Translations under genes and position numbers: made by a program
Shown here: positions 9,109-18,590 of the stretch, piece by piece
Numbering within the stretch: position 1 is the stretch's first letter
Layout of the letters: each line of letters opens with the position of its first letter
The notes under the pieces: generated by a model
Seen by the model: the letters and a program-made list of their open reading frames with translations, nothing else
Databases searched by the model: none
What the model was told of the DNA's origin: nothing
Assembly: GCA_964461045.1 (NCBI GenBank)
Contig: CAYWSJ010000001.1
Location: 1,114-65,113, forward strand
Reading direction: 5' to 3'
DNA length: 64,000 nucleotides
Source of the DNA: an uncultured Bacteroidales bacterium
GTDB lineage: Bacteria > Bacteroidota > Bacteroidia > Bacteroidales > UBA12077

Positions 9109-10542
9109 GTGGGGAACTTTGATATGGATTCAAAATTCATTAAAGACAGAGAGCGAACTATCTATTACATAAGCACTTTTGTCGAAGTCTTTATATCTGT
9201 AATTACATTTTATGTAGCCTTATATATTAGGGATCATTTTTTTCAGAAAAGTTTCCTGTATACAAGGGAATACCAGATTTTAATACTGGTTCTTATTTTT
9301 ACATGGTTTTTTCTTCTGAAATCCAAAAATTTTGAAAAGTTCCACAGAAGCAAAAGTTACAGTGCTATATTAATTGATTATACCAAGGGGATAATTTGGG
9401 GAACGGCTCTATTGATAGGAGCAATATTTATTTTTAAACTCGAAACAATCAGCCGGAGTTTTATTCTTCTTTTTGCTGTTCTCAATCTAATGGTTTTATA
9501 TGTCTATCGTATGTCATTTTTCATATTGCTCAAGTATTACCGCAGTAAGGGGAAGAATCAAAGAAACATTCTAATCATCGGGGATGAAACTTCTGAAAAT
9601 ATTATAGAGAGCATAATAAAAAATAAAGACTGGGGATTGAAAATAGTTACGATAATCTCAAATTCAATTAGTATTGTTGAAAAATACAGTTCTTTTATTC
9701 CGGTAATCCCCGAAAACGGGAATATTAATAAAATTCTGGAACTTGATATTATTGATGAAGTTATTTATTATAAAAATGCAATAGACCAGAAAGAATTAAA
9801 TGAAATTTTCTACTCATGCGAAGAGGTAGGGGTTGTTTGCAATGTTTATTCGGGGATGTGGAATATTTCAGGAAGAAAATATCATATTAGTTATTTTGGG
9901 GAAAATCCTTATTTTACTTTTATGAACAAGCCCTCCGATTATATGGCTCTATTCGTCAAAGATTTAATAGATTATACAATGGCTTTTATTCTTACAATGA
10001 TCTTTCTTCCATTAATGACTGTTGTAGCAGCAGCAATTAAACTGGATACCAAAGGGCCTGTATTTTTTATCCAGGAGCGGGTTGGCTTGCGTGGAAGAAA
10101 GTTTCCTATTTATAAATTCCGTACAATGGTCGCTAATGCAGAAAAAATGAAGCAACAAGTAGCAGGATTTAATGAAATGGACGGTCCCGCATTCAAAATA
10201 AAAAAAGATCCGCGTATAACACGGGTGGGCGCATTTCTGAGGAAAACCGGATTGGATGAACTACCGCAGCTCTTTAATATCCTGAAAGGCGAAATGTCTT
10301 TTATTGGCCCAAGACCACCCTTACACGAGGAAGTGGAAAAGTATGAACGCTGGCAGCTTCGCAGACTTTCCATGAAACCAGGAATATCTTGTATCTGGCA
10401 AACCATGCCAAATAGAAATGATATTGTTTTTAAATACTGGATGGAACTTGACTTAAAGTATATTGACTCATGGTCCCTTAAACTTGATTTTATATTGTTT
10501 ATCAGAACTTTTAAAACTGTTCTATTGGGTTCAGGAAGATAA
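9109..10542 (+). CDS. polyprenyl-phosphate sugar phosphotransferase (WbaP/EpsB-type initiating enzyme)
   Basis: N-terminal TM bundle, central Rossmann-like region, and a C-terminal Bac_transf signature KGPVFFIQERVG..KFRTM..DPRITRVGAFLRKTGLDELPQL..GEMSFIGPRP. The track start is GTG 9109; ATG 9124 is an alternative. Confidence 0.85.
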   Translation: MGNFDMDSKFIKDRERTIYYISTFVEVFISVITFYVALYIRDHFFQKSFLYTREYQILILVLIFTWFFLLKSKNFEKFHRSKSYSAILIDYTKGIIWGTALLIGAIFIFKLETISRSFILLFAVLNLMVLYVYRMSFFILLKYYRSKGKNQRNILIIGDETSENIIESIIKNKDWGLKIVTIISNSISIVEKYSSFIPVIPENGNINKILELDIIDEVIYYKNAIDQKELNEIFYSCEEVGVVCNVYSGMWNISGRKYHISYFGENPYFTFMNKPSDYMALFVKDLIDYTMAFILTMIFLPLMTVVAAAIKLDTKGPVFFIQERVGLRGRKFPIYKFRTMVANAEKMKQQVAGFNEMDGPAFKIKKDPRITRVGAFLRKTGLDELPQLFNILKGEMSFIGPRPPLHEEVEKYERWQLRRLSMKPGISCIWQTMPNRNDIVFKYWMELDLKYIDSWSLKLDFILFIRTFKTVLLGSGR

Positions 10543-10738
10543 ATTTGATTTTAATGTATTTTTTAATCTAACTAAATAGCTGATTTTCGGATGATTTTGA
10601 TTGCAAAATGACTCGAAAATCTTTTTTATGAAGTATAAATTTTGGGTGTTACTAAATTGAGAAATTATGACTGACGGGTTAATTTATGAATTATTCGGGC
10701 TGGGTTGTTAATCGATTTAACTTAAATACTATTCCATA

Positions 10739-13700
10739 ATGAGAAAAAAGACAGGTTTATTTTATTTGTTCCTGTTTGCATTGACAGGGATAATTCATGG
10801 CCAGGAAGCATTGATTATTGATCATACTTCCACCGGGCATTCAGATATCCCGGTTTCCTGGCTGGACAGTGCCAAACAAAAGCTTCACATCGGATATGGG
10901 CATACCTCACACGGCAGCCAGCTTGCTACCGGCATGAATGCCCTGGAGTCGTGTTATACCGATGGCCGTTTCGACTGGAGCCACAGCGATGAGGCCGGAA
11001 GCCTTCACCTTTTCGAGGGCGATATGTGGAGCCAGGATGGCTGGTTGGGACAAGACTGCGGCACACCGGGCTGGGACGATGAGACCAGGGAATACCTTGA
11101 TGCACATCCCGATTGCAATGTGATCATATGGTCGTGGTGCGGAATAGTAAATTCAGTTCTCGACCGTGATGTAATGGGTGATTACCTTCAGCCAATGAAT
11201 CAACTGGAGCTTGAATACCCGGGAGTGAAATTTGTCTACATGACGGGTCCGCTGGATGGGCTGGGACCAAACGGCGCTGTGAAAGCTGCCAACGATTCAA
11301 TACGCGATTATTGCACTTCAAACAACAAGATCTTGTATGATTTTGCCGACATAGAAAAATACGACCCAGACCAGCTTGTAAATTACCAGGAATATGGTGC
11401 CGATGATGAATGCAACTACGACCCCGACGGAGAACAACCTTACAACCGAACCGAAAACTGGGCTGCCAACTGGGTAAGTCAAAATCCCGGCGATACGCTG
11501 ACACTTTTGACAAGTGAGGCAAATTCTAATGACTGTAGCTTTGGACACACGCATTGCCTGAACTGTGTTTTGAAAGGCATTGCCGCCTGGCACCTCTGGG
11601 CCAGGCTGGCCGGATGGCAGGAAAACTCTTCAACTACCTGTATCACTTCATATACAGCTCAACTTGGTTCATGGCACAACTCTTCTAACTGGAATAATGG
11701 AGTACCCGATGCATCCTGCCATGCAATACTACCTGGTGCTAATACTTCGCGGATAAATGCTTCGGCTATCTGCAGTACACTGACTGTATATCCAAAAGGA
11801 AATTTAGTGATCAATGAAAATGAAATTTTAAATACAGAGGAGCTGACACAAAAATCAACCTTAGACTCCATAGAAACAGGGGAGATTTTTAATCATGGAT
11901 TCATTAATATAAATTCTGAAGCTTACATCGAACGTTTTGTTCATAGAGACGAATGGCAGAGTATCTCACCACCGGTTTCTGATGGTACCTCGCAGGTGTT
12001 TGACGCCTCGGGAGAGGAGCTCTACCGTTGGGACCTCTCTACAGGTGCTTTCCAGCGAATAACAAATAATTCGCTAACATTGAACAGCATGGAAGGCTAT
12101 CTTTACAGGAACCAAACGAAAGATACAGTTGTTACCTTTAGCGGTTCAATAAATCAGGGGAGCCAGGAGAGGGCGGTTGCGGTAGCGTCCCAGGACAGTC
12201 TTTTTGAAGGGTGGAACTATACTGGCAATCCCTACGGAGCAAAAATAGATTGGAATGCTTCTGGCTGGAACAAATCGAATGTCGTGGAAAGTATTTATTT
12301 TTATGATCCCATAAGAGGTCAGCCTTGTTCTTATGTTAATGGCATCAGCAATCCTAAAAATTGTTCTGATGGAAAAATCTATGCAATGAGTGGATTTTGG
12401 GTCTATTCGCAAAGTGCAGGGAATTTTTCGGTCAACGATAATGCCATGGCAGACCCTGGAAAAACCAGTCCGGGTAAAGATCTGCAAAACATGAAAAGTC
12501 TGCGGATTGGTCTGGCAGCAGTTGGAATCAGTTATGAAACGGTCATTTACTTTGATCCTTCAGCCAGTAAATCATTTGACCCTGACCTGGATGCACTTCA
12601 TCTTCCTGTACCTCTGGTAGATGAAACTTTATCCCCGGGACTTTTCTCCCTGGACAGCACCTTTCGAAAGCTCTCCATAAATGCCATGCCTGTAGGAACC
12701 AAAATACGGCCTTACCTGGGTTTTACAGTACCTGTTGGAGGAAATTTTACCATTGAAATTATTGAGCAAAACAACTTTTCTGATACACTTTACCTTATAG
12801 ACAAATTTGAACAAACATATTGGGAAATTAGCTCCAATAATTATACATTTACTGCAACAGGAGGAATTACCGGCAATCGGTTTATTCTTACCACTGAGAA
12901 ACCTAAGCCACTTTCAGATCCCATTGTAATTGATCATATTTCCACCGGGCATTCAGATATTCCGGTTTCCTGGCTGGACAGTGCCAAACAAAAGCTTCAC
13001 ATCGGATATGGGCATACCTCACACGGCAGCCAGCTTGCTACCGGCATGAATGCCCTGGAGTCGTGTTATACCGATGGCCGTTTCGACTGGAGCCACAGCG
13101 ATGAGGCCGGAAGCCTTCACCTTTTCGAGGGCGATATGTGGAGCCAGGATGGCTGGTTGGGACAAGACTGCGGCACACCGGGCTGGGACGATGAGACCAG
13201 GGAATACCTTGATGCACATCCCGATTGCAATGTGATCATATGGTCGTGGTGCGGAATAGTAAATTCAGTTCTCGACCGTGATGTAATGGGTGATTACCTT
13301 CAGCCAATGAATCAACTGGAGCTTGAATACCCGGGAGTGAAATTTGTCTACATGACGGGTCCGCTGGATGGGCTGGGACCAAACGGCGCTGTGAAAGCTG
13401 CCAACGATTCAATACGCGATTATTGCACTTCAAACAACAAGATCTTGTATGATTTTGCCGACATAGAAAAATACGACCCAGACCAGCTTGTAAATTACCA
13501 GGAATATGGTGCCGATGATGAATGCAACTACGACCCCGACGGAGAACAACCTTACAACCGAACCGAAAACTGGGCTGCCAACTGGGTAAGTCAAAATCCC
13601 GGCGATACGCTGACACTTTTGACAAGTGAGGCAAATTCTAATGACTGTAGCTTTGGACACACGCATTGCCTGAACTGTGTTTTGAAAGGCATTGCCGCCT

Positions 13701-15280
13701 GGCACCTCTGGGCCAGGCTGGCCGGATGGCAGGATACCATATCTGGCGGAGATACAACAATAACTCCGTTTACAACAACTTTTACCGCTGAAAACGGGTT
13801 ATGGCATAATCCTGACAACTGGGACAATGGACTGCCTGATTCAATGGCATTGGTAATTATTCCTGGCAACAAGCACGTAACTGTTTCACAGAATGCCAGG
13901 TGCAGTACAATTACCATTTATCCCGAAGGAACTGTGACAATTAATGAGGGTGTAGAACTCAAAACAGATAAATTGACCATAAAATCTCAAAACGATGAAG
14001 CCATTACTGGTAAACTTATAAACCATGGATCAGTAGAAGTTGACGGGCAAACTTTTATAGAACGGTTTATTGAAAAAAAACAATGGACAAGTATTACTCC
14101 TCCGGTGAATAATTCAACTTCGGGTGATTTTAATGCCTCCGGGGAAGAGTTGCATTTCTGGAATGTTTCAGAGGGAAATTTCAGTCAAATAATAAATAAC
14201 AGTACTCCGCTTAATGCTATGCAGGGATATCTTTTCAGGAATCAATCAGCCGATACAGTGATAACATTTAACGGATCGATAAACCAGGGTGCACAAAGCT
14301 TTAATTTGTCCATTAATGAAACTGATAGTCTGTATAAAGGCTGGAATCTTGCAGGTAATCCATATTTGAGTAAAGTGGACTGGGATGCTGATGGCTGGGA
14401 TAAGACAAATAGTGCGGGAAGTATTTATCAATATACAACATTATCGGTTCAGCCTTGTGCTTATGTCAACGGATTGAGTGTTCCTGACGGATGTTCAGAT
14501 GGTCTTATTAGTCCAATGAGAGCTTTTTGGGTTTTTGCTGAAAACGAAGGTCCGATTAGCCTTAATGATAATACCCTGGCTGAATTTGAAGTAAAAACAG
14601 ACTCTCGAAGCCTGCAAAGTACCAAAAGTATTCGACTCCAATTAAGCGGCGGCGGCTCCGATAATGAGACACTCATAGTCTTTGATAATGAATCTACAAC
14701 CAGTTTTGATGCTGATCAGGATGCTTTTCATTTTCCTGTTCCTGTTGCAGGAAATGCTGTATCACCAGGTTTATATACTTTAGATGAAGATGGAAATAAA
14801 CTAACGATAAATTCCTTACCTGAGTTGGACTACTTCCGGATCCCGCTTGGTTATTCTTTGCTCCAGGCGGGTGAGTATGTGTTTAAAGGGTTAGAAATTA
14901 ACAATATTAAAGATACTATTTTCCTGGTGGATTCGGTGATGAACACTGAAATTAATATTTTACAGAATGATTACACTTTTACGGCAACGCAAAGTGTAAA
15001 TAATCAAAGATTTAGTCTGATAAACAAGATAGGAACCGGCCTTAAACCGTTGGTGTCAGAACTGTTTGAGGTTTACGGTTACAATGAAGCTATTTATATT
15101 ATTGCAGAAAAACCTTTGTTTGCCAAAATTAAGGTAATAGATTTAACAGGAGCAATAATTTATGAGAGTACTATTGATCATCAACCAAGGACTGTTATCT
15201 ACTTAAATAAAAGAGGCTATTTTGTTGTATTAATTAAGACTTTAAAGAATACTTACACTTATAAAGTAATGGTGTTTTAA
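10739..15280 (+). CDS. 1,513-aa secreted two-module protein with a T9SS C-terminal sorting domain; function unknown
   Basis: Signal peptide MRKKTGLFYLFLFALTGIIHGQ. Two ~704-aa modules, each a GC-rich N-domain plus a diverged domain containing GWN(Y/L)(T/A)GNPY..(I/V)DW. The C-terminus ..KVIDLTGAIIYES..GYFVVLIKT..TYKVMVF looks like a type-A T9SS CTD. Confidence 0.8.
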   Translation: MRKKTGLFYLFLFALTGIIHGQEALIIDHTSTGHSDIPVSWLDSAKQKLHIGYGHTSHGSQLATGMNALESCYTDGRFDWSHSDEAGSLHLFEGDMWSQDGWLGQDCGTPGWDDETREYLDAHPDCNVIIWSWCGIVNSVLDRDVMGDYLQPMNQLELEYPGVKFVYMTGPLDGLGPNGAVKAANDSIRDYCTSNNKILYDFADIEKYDPDQLVNYQEYGADDECNYDPDGEQPYNRTENWAANWVSQNPGDTLTLLTSEANSNDCSFGHTHCLNCVLKGIAAWHLWARLAGWQENSSTTCITSYTAQLGSWHNSSNWNNGVPDASCHAILPGANTSRINASAICSTLTVYPKGNLVINENEILNTEELTQKSTLDSIETGEIFNHGFININSEAYIERFVHRDEWQSISPPVSDGTSQVFDASGEELYRWDLSTGAFQRITNNSLTLNSMEGYLYRNQTKDTVVTFSGSINQGSQERAVAVASQDSLFEGWNYTGNPYGAKIDWNASGWNKSNVVESIYFYDPIRGQPCSYVNGISNPKNCSDGKIYAMSGFWVYSQSAGNFSVNDNAMADPGKTSPGKDLQNMKSLRIGLAAVGISYETVIYFDPSASKSFDPDLDALHLPVPLVDETLSPGLFSLDSTFRKLSINAMPVGTKIRPYLGFTVPVGGNFTIEIIEQNNFSDTLYLIDKFEQTYWEISSNNYTFTATGGITGNRFILTTEKPKPLSDPIVIDHISTGHSDIPVSWLDSAKQKLHIGYGHTSHGSQLATGMNALESCYTDGRFDWSHSDEAGSLHLFEGDMWSQDGWLGQDCGTPGWDDETREYLDAHPDCNVIIWSWCGIVNSVLDRDVMGDYLQPMNQLELEYPGVKFVYMTGPLDGLGPNGAVKAANDSIRDYCTSNNKILYDFADIEKYDPDQLVNYQEYGADDECNYDPDGEQPYNRTENWAANWVSQNPGDTLTLLTSEANSNDCSFGHTHCLNCVLKGIAAWHLWARLAGWQDTISGGDTTITPFTTTFTAENGLWHNPDNWDNGLPDSMALVIIPGNKHVTVSQNARCSTITIYPEGTVTINEGVELKTDKLTIKSQNDEAITGKLINHGSVEVDGQTFIERFIEKKQWTSITPPVNNSTSGDFNASGEELHFWNVSEGNFSQIINNSTPLNAMQGYLFRNQSADTVITFNGSINQGAQSFNLSINETDSLYKGWNLAGNPYLSKVDWDADGWDKTNSAGSIYQYTTLSVQPCAYVNGLSVPDGCSDGLISPMRAFWVFAENEGPISLNDNTLAEFEVKTDSRSLQSTKSIRLQLSGGGSDNETLIVFDNESTTSFDADQDAFHFPVPVAGNAVSPGLYTLDEDGNKLTINSLPELDYFRIPLGYSLLQAGEYVFKGLEINNIKDTIFLVDSVMNTEINILQNDYTFTATQSVNNQRFSLINKIGTGLKPLVSELFEVYGYNEAIYIIAEKPLFAKIKVIDLTGAIIYESTIDHQPRTVIYLNKRGYFVVLIKTLKNTYTYKVMVF
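10819..11622 (+). repeat. intragenic direct repeat, copy 1 (804 bp)
   Basis: Matches 12931-13734 at a +2112 offset with 2 mismatches (10827, 10849). 10850-11622 is identical base for base on line-by-line comparison. Confidence 0.9.
12931..13734 (+). repeat. intragenic direct repeat, copy 2 (804 bp)
   Basis: See copy 1. The ORF track shows identical antisense ORFs at the same offset (10907..11107 = 13019..13219; 11124..11522 = 13236..13634). Confidence 0.9.
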
Positions 15281-16033
15281 TTAATTTGAATTGATTTGTC
15301 TTAAACTCGAAACCTTTTCCATTTTTTTACTAACTTCTCCATTCGGCGCAAGCACCACACAACCCCTTTTATATCCAGTTTCAAGCCCGGAGGCAGCTGA
15401 GGGGAAATATGGGGTCAGATTATTATTTTTAAACAATTGGCCAAATACCTGAATGGTCAGGGATTTCTTCCTGGAATAATGATCGTACGTATAACCTCCA
15501 TCGTCAGGAACTTTAAAATCGTCTATCATAATTATGAATTGATCCCAATGGCTAACAATTATTTCAATTTCCTTTTTGAGCGGCAAATCCTTATACCAAT
15601 GAGCGTCCAGGTAAATGAATACTTTTTTGTTTTTCATATTCTTAGACGAGAGTTTTTTTAAGAATTCCCTTGAATCTCCCAAAAAATAATGAATGTTGTT
15701 TATTTCTATTAGTCTTCTGTGTGCAATATCGTGAAACCACTTGTTGAGTTCACAGGTGTATATCGGTAAGGAGGAGGTTTTGGCCATATAACCCGTGGTG
15801 TCTCCTGTATAAGTTCCTGTTTCAAGAATGGCATCAAATTTAAAAGTATTCATTAGTTCCATAAAAATTTTTTTCCTGTATTGTTGCCCGTTAAAGCCAA
15901 CATTAGAGGCTGCCTGGAATTTTGGACTGTTAATTATCCACTCCAATGCAGCTTCGAGGTTAAAGATGTGATCCCATAGCTGTTTATACTGTTTGTATGC
16001 GTAAACCGGGAAAATTAGTTTTTTTAGTTGCAT
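15281..16033 (-). CDS. putative class I SAM-dependent methyltransferase-like protein
   Basis: 250 aa. ILETGTYTGDTTGYMA resembles the E/DxGxGxG SAM-binding loop; later acidic strands (YLDAHW, MIDDF). Last gene of the minus-strand operon. Weak call. Confidence 0.4.
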   Translation of the reverse strand: MQLKKLIFPVYAYKQYKQLWDHIFNLEAALEWIINSPKFQAASNVGFNGQQYRKKIFMELMNTFKFDAILETGTYTGDTTGYMAKTSSLPIYTCELNKWFHDIAHRRLIEINNIHYFLGDSREFLKKLSSKNMKNKKVFIYLDAHWYKDLPLKKEIEIIVSHWDQFIIMIDDFKVPDDGGYTYDHYSRKKSLTIQVFGQLFKNNNLTPYFPSAASGLETGYKRGCVVLAPNGEVSKKMEKVSSLRQINSN

Positions 16034-16045
16034 AATCGTTATATT

Positions 16046-17113
16046 TTAGTTGTTTGTAAGCGAGTCTGATGCTCCTGTATTTTTATTGTTAGTAAGCAAT
16101 GGTTCGTTGGCGTTAAATATTTTTTCAAACTGAAAGGCAATATCTTTGGTAAAACGCATTGCTCCTTTTTCATTTAAATGCAATGGGTCTGAGAAATACC
16201 TGTTTTCGTAAAAAGGCAATTCCCAGTTACGTGAAAAATAAATGTGATCGTATTTGGCACTTAATTCTTTTAATACTTTCGGAAGTTCATCAAATTGCTT
16301 GTATTTCCCTTTTCTTGCAGGGTGACTTATTATTAAAACCTTGACGTTGTGCTTTTTAGTGAGATTAAAGAATTTTTCTACAAACACATCGCCATCTGGC
16401 TCATATATTTTCATTTCGTATTCCGGGCAGTCTGATTTTTCTTTATAATCTGCAGGTAATTTTCCTTCAGGAAATCTTGATTGTTCCTTGATAAAATAGT
16501 AACCCCGATCCTCAATCATCTTTCTGATAATGGCATTGTTTTGTTTTCTCTTTTCTTCAATATCCGAGGGATAAGCAACTGAATTATAAAGAAATTTAAA
16601 CATAGGTTTCCGATAAACATGGCAAGGTAGTAAGTAGTTAATTGTTTGATTTTTGCTGCCATTGTGATAGAGGAAATAGGAAACCACTTCACCCGGAAAG
16701 TCTATTCCCTGGTTGGCATAGCTGTCAAAAAGCAAAACAGGCTCATTTGCTACATGGTAAGTCATAATGATATAATCCGGAGGATCATTATTTTCCAGGT
16801 AATCCAGAAGAGCATGGTAGTAAGGGCCAATTGGTAATGCAGGAAGTGCCAGGTTCAGGGAATAGGTTTTATTATTCAATGTGGAGTCGAAAACTTCCGG
16901 TACTAGTGCCGATAAAACATCGCTTGCGCCAAAATAAAGAACAGTTTTTTTACCATCAGGAATTTCCCATTTATTCTCTCTTATGGCGATTCTTTTTTGT
17001 TCGCAGACAATGGATGCCCCATCTTTGTATACTTTCCCGGAATGGATGCCAAGTTGGTTAAGCAAAACCACAAGTACAAGTAAAATTCCGGAATGTAGAA
17101 TTACTTTTTTCAT
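16046..17113 (-). CDS. extracytoplasmic SGNH-like protein (DltD/AlgJ/AlgX-like partner of the MBOAT)
   Basis: Signal/anchor MKKVILHSGILLVLVVLL. FGASDVLS (block-I-like) and DPLHLNEKG (DxxH block-V-like). Starts 3 bp downstream of the MBOAT gene. Confidence 0.5.
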   Translation of the reverse strand: MKKVILHSGILLVLVVLLNQLGIHSGKVYKDGASIVCEQKRIAIRENKWEIPDGKKTVLYFGASDVLSALVPEVFDSTLNNKTYSLNLALPALPIGPYYHALLDYLENNDPPDYIIMTYHVANEPVLLFDSYANQGIDFPGEVVSYFLYHNGSKNQTINYLLPCHVYRKPMFKFLYNSVAYPSDIEEKRKQNNAIIRKMIEDRGYYFIKEQSRFPEGKLPADYKEKSDCPEYEMKIYEPDGDVFVEKFFNLTKKHNVKVLIISHPARKGKYKQFDELPKVLKELSAKYDHIYFSRNWELPFYENRYFSDPLHLNEKGAMRFTKDIAFQFEKIFNANEPLLTNNKNTGASDSLTNN

Positions 17114-17116
17114 AAC

Positions 17117-18556
17117 TTAAAATTGAAAATAAACAAAATCTGATGCTGCAAATTTGCCAAATATCAGTACTGTTAAGACCAATCCATAATACAATGCATA
17201 TTTTATTAACGGTCTGTAAGTCAGTTTATCTCTTATTATAATTCCCTTCTCATTTAAATAATCAAAAAGAAGTACAATAATAATTCCTGAAGAAGCAATA
17301 ACATGGTCGGTATGAGTCATACCCATATTGTATCCTGTCAGTCTCCATTCCAGTCCGTGAAAAAGATTAGTTATCAGATAAACGGCGTCCTTCGTACTTG
17401 ATGCATTAAAAAACACCAGGGAAAAAGCAAAGAAGATGAAAACAATGACCCTGCTGAAAAATTTTACCCAGTATTTGTTCATCTTTGAGGCAAGCTGCAA
17501 TCGTTTTCTCTTTGTAAAGAATTCATAATTAATGGCAACACCTTGCAACGCCCCGAGAATAATAAAATTCCAGCCCGAGCCATGCCAGATACCTATAATA
17601 AGAAATGTGATGAATACCCCGTAAACCGCCGCCCACTTCTTCCATCTCATGCGTTTCAGCAAAATTCTTTTAAAAATATAATCGTTACACCATTGTGAAA
17701 GAGTGATGTGCCATTTTCTCCAGAACATGCTAACATTTTGAGCGAACAAAGGTCTTTCAAAATTATTGGTAAGCCTTAAGCCAAAAAGTTTCCCAATGCC
17801 CAGGGCTATATCTGTATAACCTGAAAAATCGCAATAAATATGAAATACTTGTAAAACAAAGACAGTCATAAGGGGAACACCTGTAAATTCATTGACGTTA
17901 CCATATATAATGTTTACAAGTACAACCAGCCTGTCTGCTATTACCAGCTTTTTAAATAATCCCCAGAAGATCTGGATCAGGCCGTCATAAAAGAGTGTTG
18001 AATCGAACTGATAGTTTTTTTTCAGGGAAGGCAGGAACGACTTTGAACGTTCTATTGGACCAGCAAGCAGCTTAGGGAAAAATAAAATGTAACTAGCAAA
18101 AAAGCCCCAGTGACGTTCCGCTTTGCCGGACCCACGGTAAATTTCGATTAAATATCCAATACACTCAAAAGTATAGTATGAAATGCCGATGGGAATAATG
18201 AGATTAATGTATTCAAATTCAGTTCCCGGTTCAAAAATCCCCAGGAATGTATTTGCGTTCTCTATCAGGAAGTTAATGTATTTGAAGAAAATAAGCTGGC
18301 CAATATTCAATACCATCCCCAAAAGGTAGAGCGGGAAGCGTTTCTTTTTTTCTTCTTGTTTTTCTATCAGTCTGCCAAGGAAATAATTGATTGTTATAAC
18401 CAGGTAGGTATATACGAGAAAATTGATTGAGAAATAGCCCAGAAAAGCCGTACTGGCAAGCAGCAGAATAAACCACTGGTGGCTTTTTTTTGCCTGGTAA
18501 TATAAAAGCAGCAATACAACAATAAAAATAAAAAATTCAAGCGTGCTGAAAATCAT
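17117..18556 (-). CDS. membrane-bound O-acyltransferase (MBOAT; AlgI/DltB family)
   Basis: 479 aa, polytopic. FWRKWHITLSQWCNDYIF and IIGIWHGSGWNF match the conserved MBOAT His-containing motifs. Confidence 0.85.
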   Translation of the reverse strand: MIFSTLEFFIFIVVLLLLYYQAKKSHQWFILLLASTAFLGYFSINFLVYTYLVITINYFLGRLIEKQEEKKKRFPLYLLGMVLNIGQLIFFKYINFLIENANTFLGIFEPGTEFEYINLIIPIGISYYTFECIGYLIEIYRGSGKAERHWGFFASYILFFPKLLAGPIERSKSFLPSLKKNYQFDSTLFYDGLIQIFWGLFKKLVIADRLVVLVNIIYGNVNEFTGVPLMTVFVLQVFHIYCDFSGYTDIALGIGKLFGLRLTNNFERPLFAQNVSMFWRKWHITLSQWCNDYIFKRILLKRMRWKKWAAVYGVFITFLIIGIWHGSGWNFIILGALQGVAINYEFFTKRKRLQLASKMNKYWVKFFSRVIVFIFFAFSLVFFNASSTKDAVYLITNLFHGLEWRLTGYNMGMTHTDHVIASSGIIIVLLFDYLNEKGIIIRDKLTYRPLIKYALYYGLVLTVLIFGKFAASDFVYFQF

Positions 18557-18590
18557 ATATCCCTGTTAAATTGTTAATAATTATTATGCT

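Noticed and set aside
10907-13917. A set of 61-132-aa off-frame and minus-strand ORFs (10907..11107, 10938..11123, 11124..11522, 11318..11593, and their exact duplicates at +2112).
   Set aside because: They lie entirely inside the long, motif-rich + strand ORF 10739..15280. They occur only in its GC-rich duplicated segment, where stop codons are rare in all frames. They have Arg/Cys/Pro-rich, low-information sequences. They are compositional artefacts.
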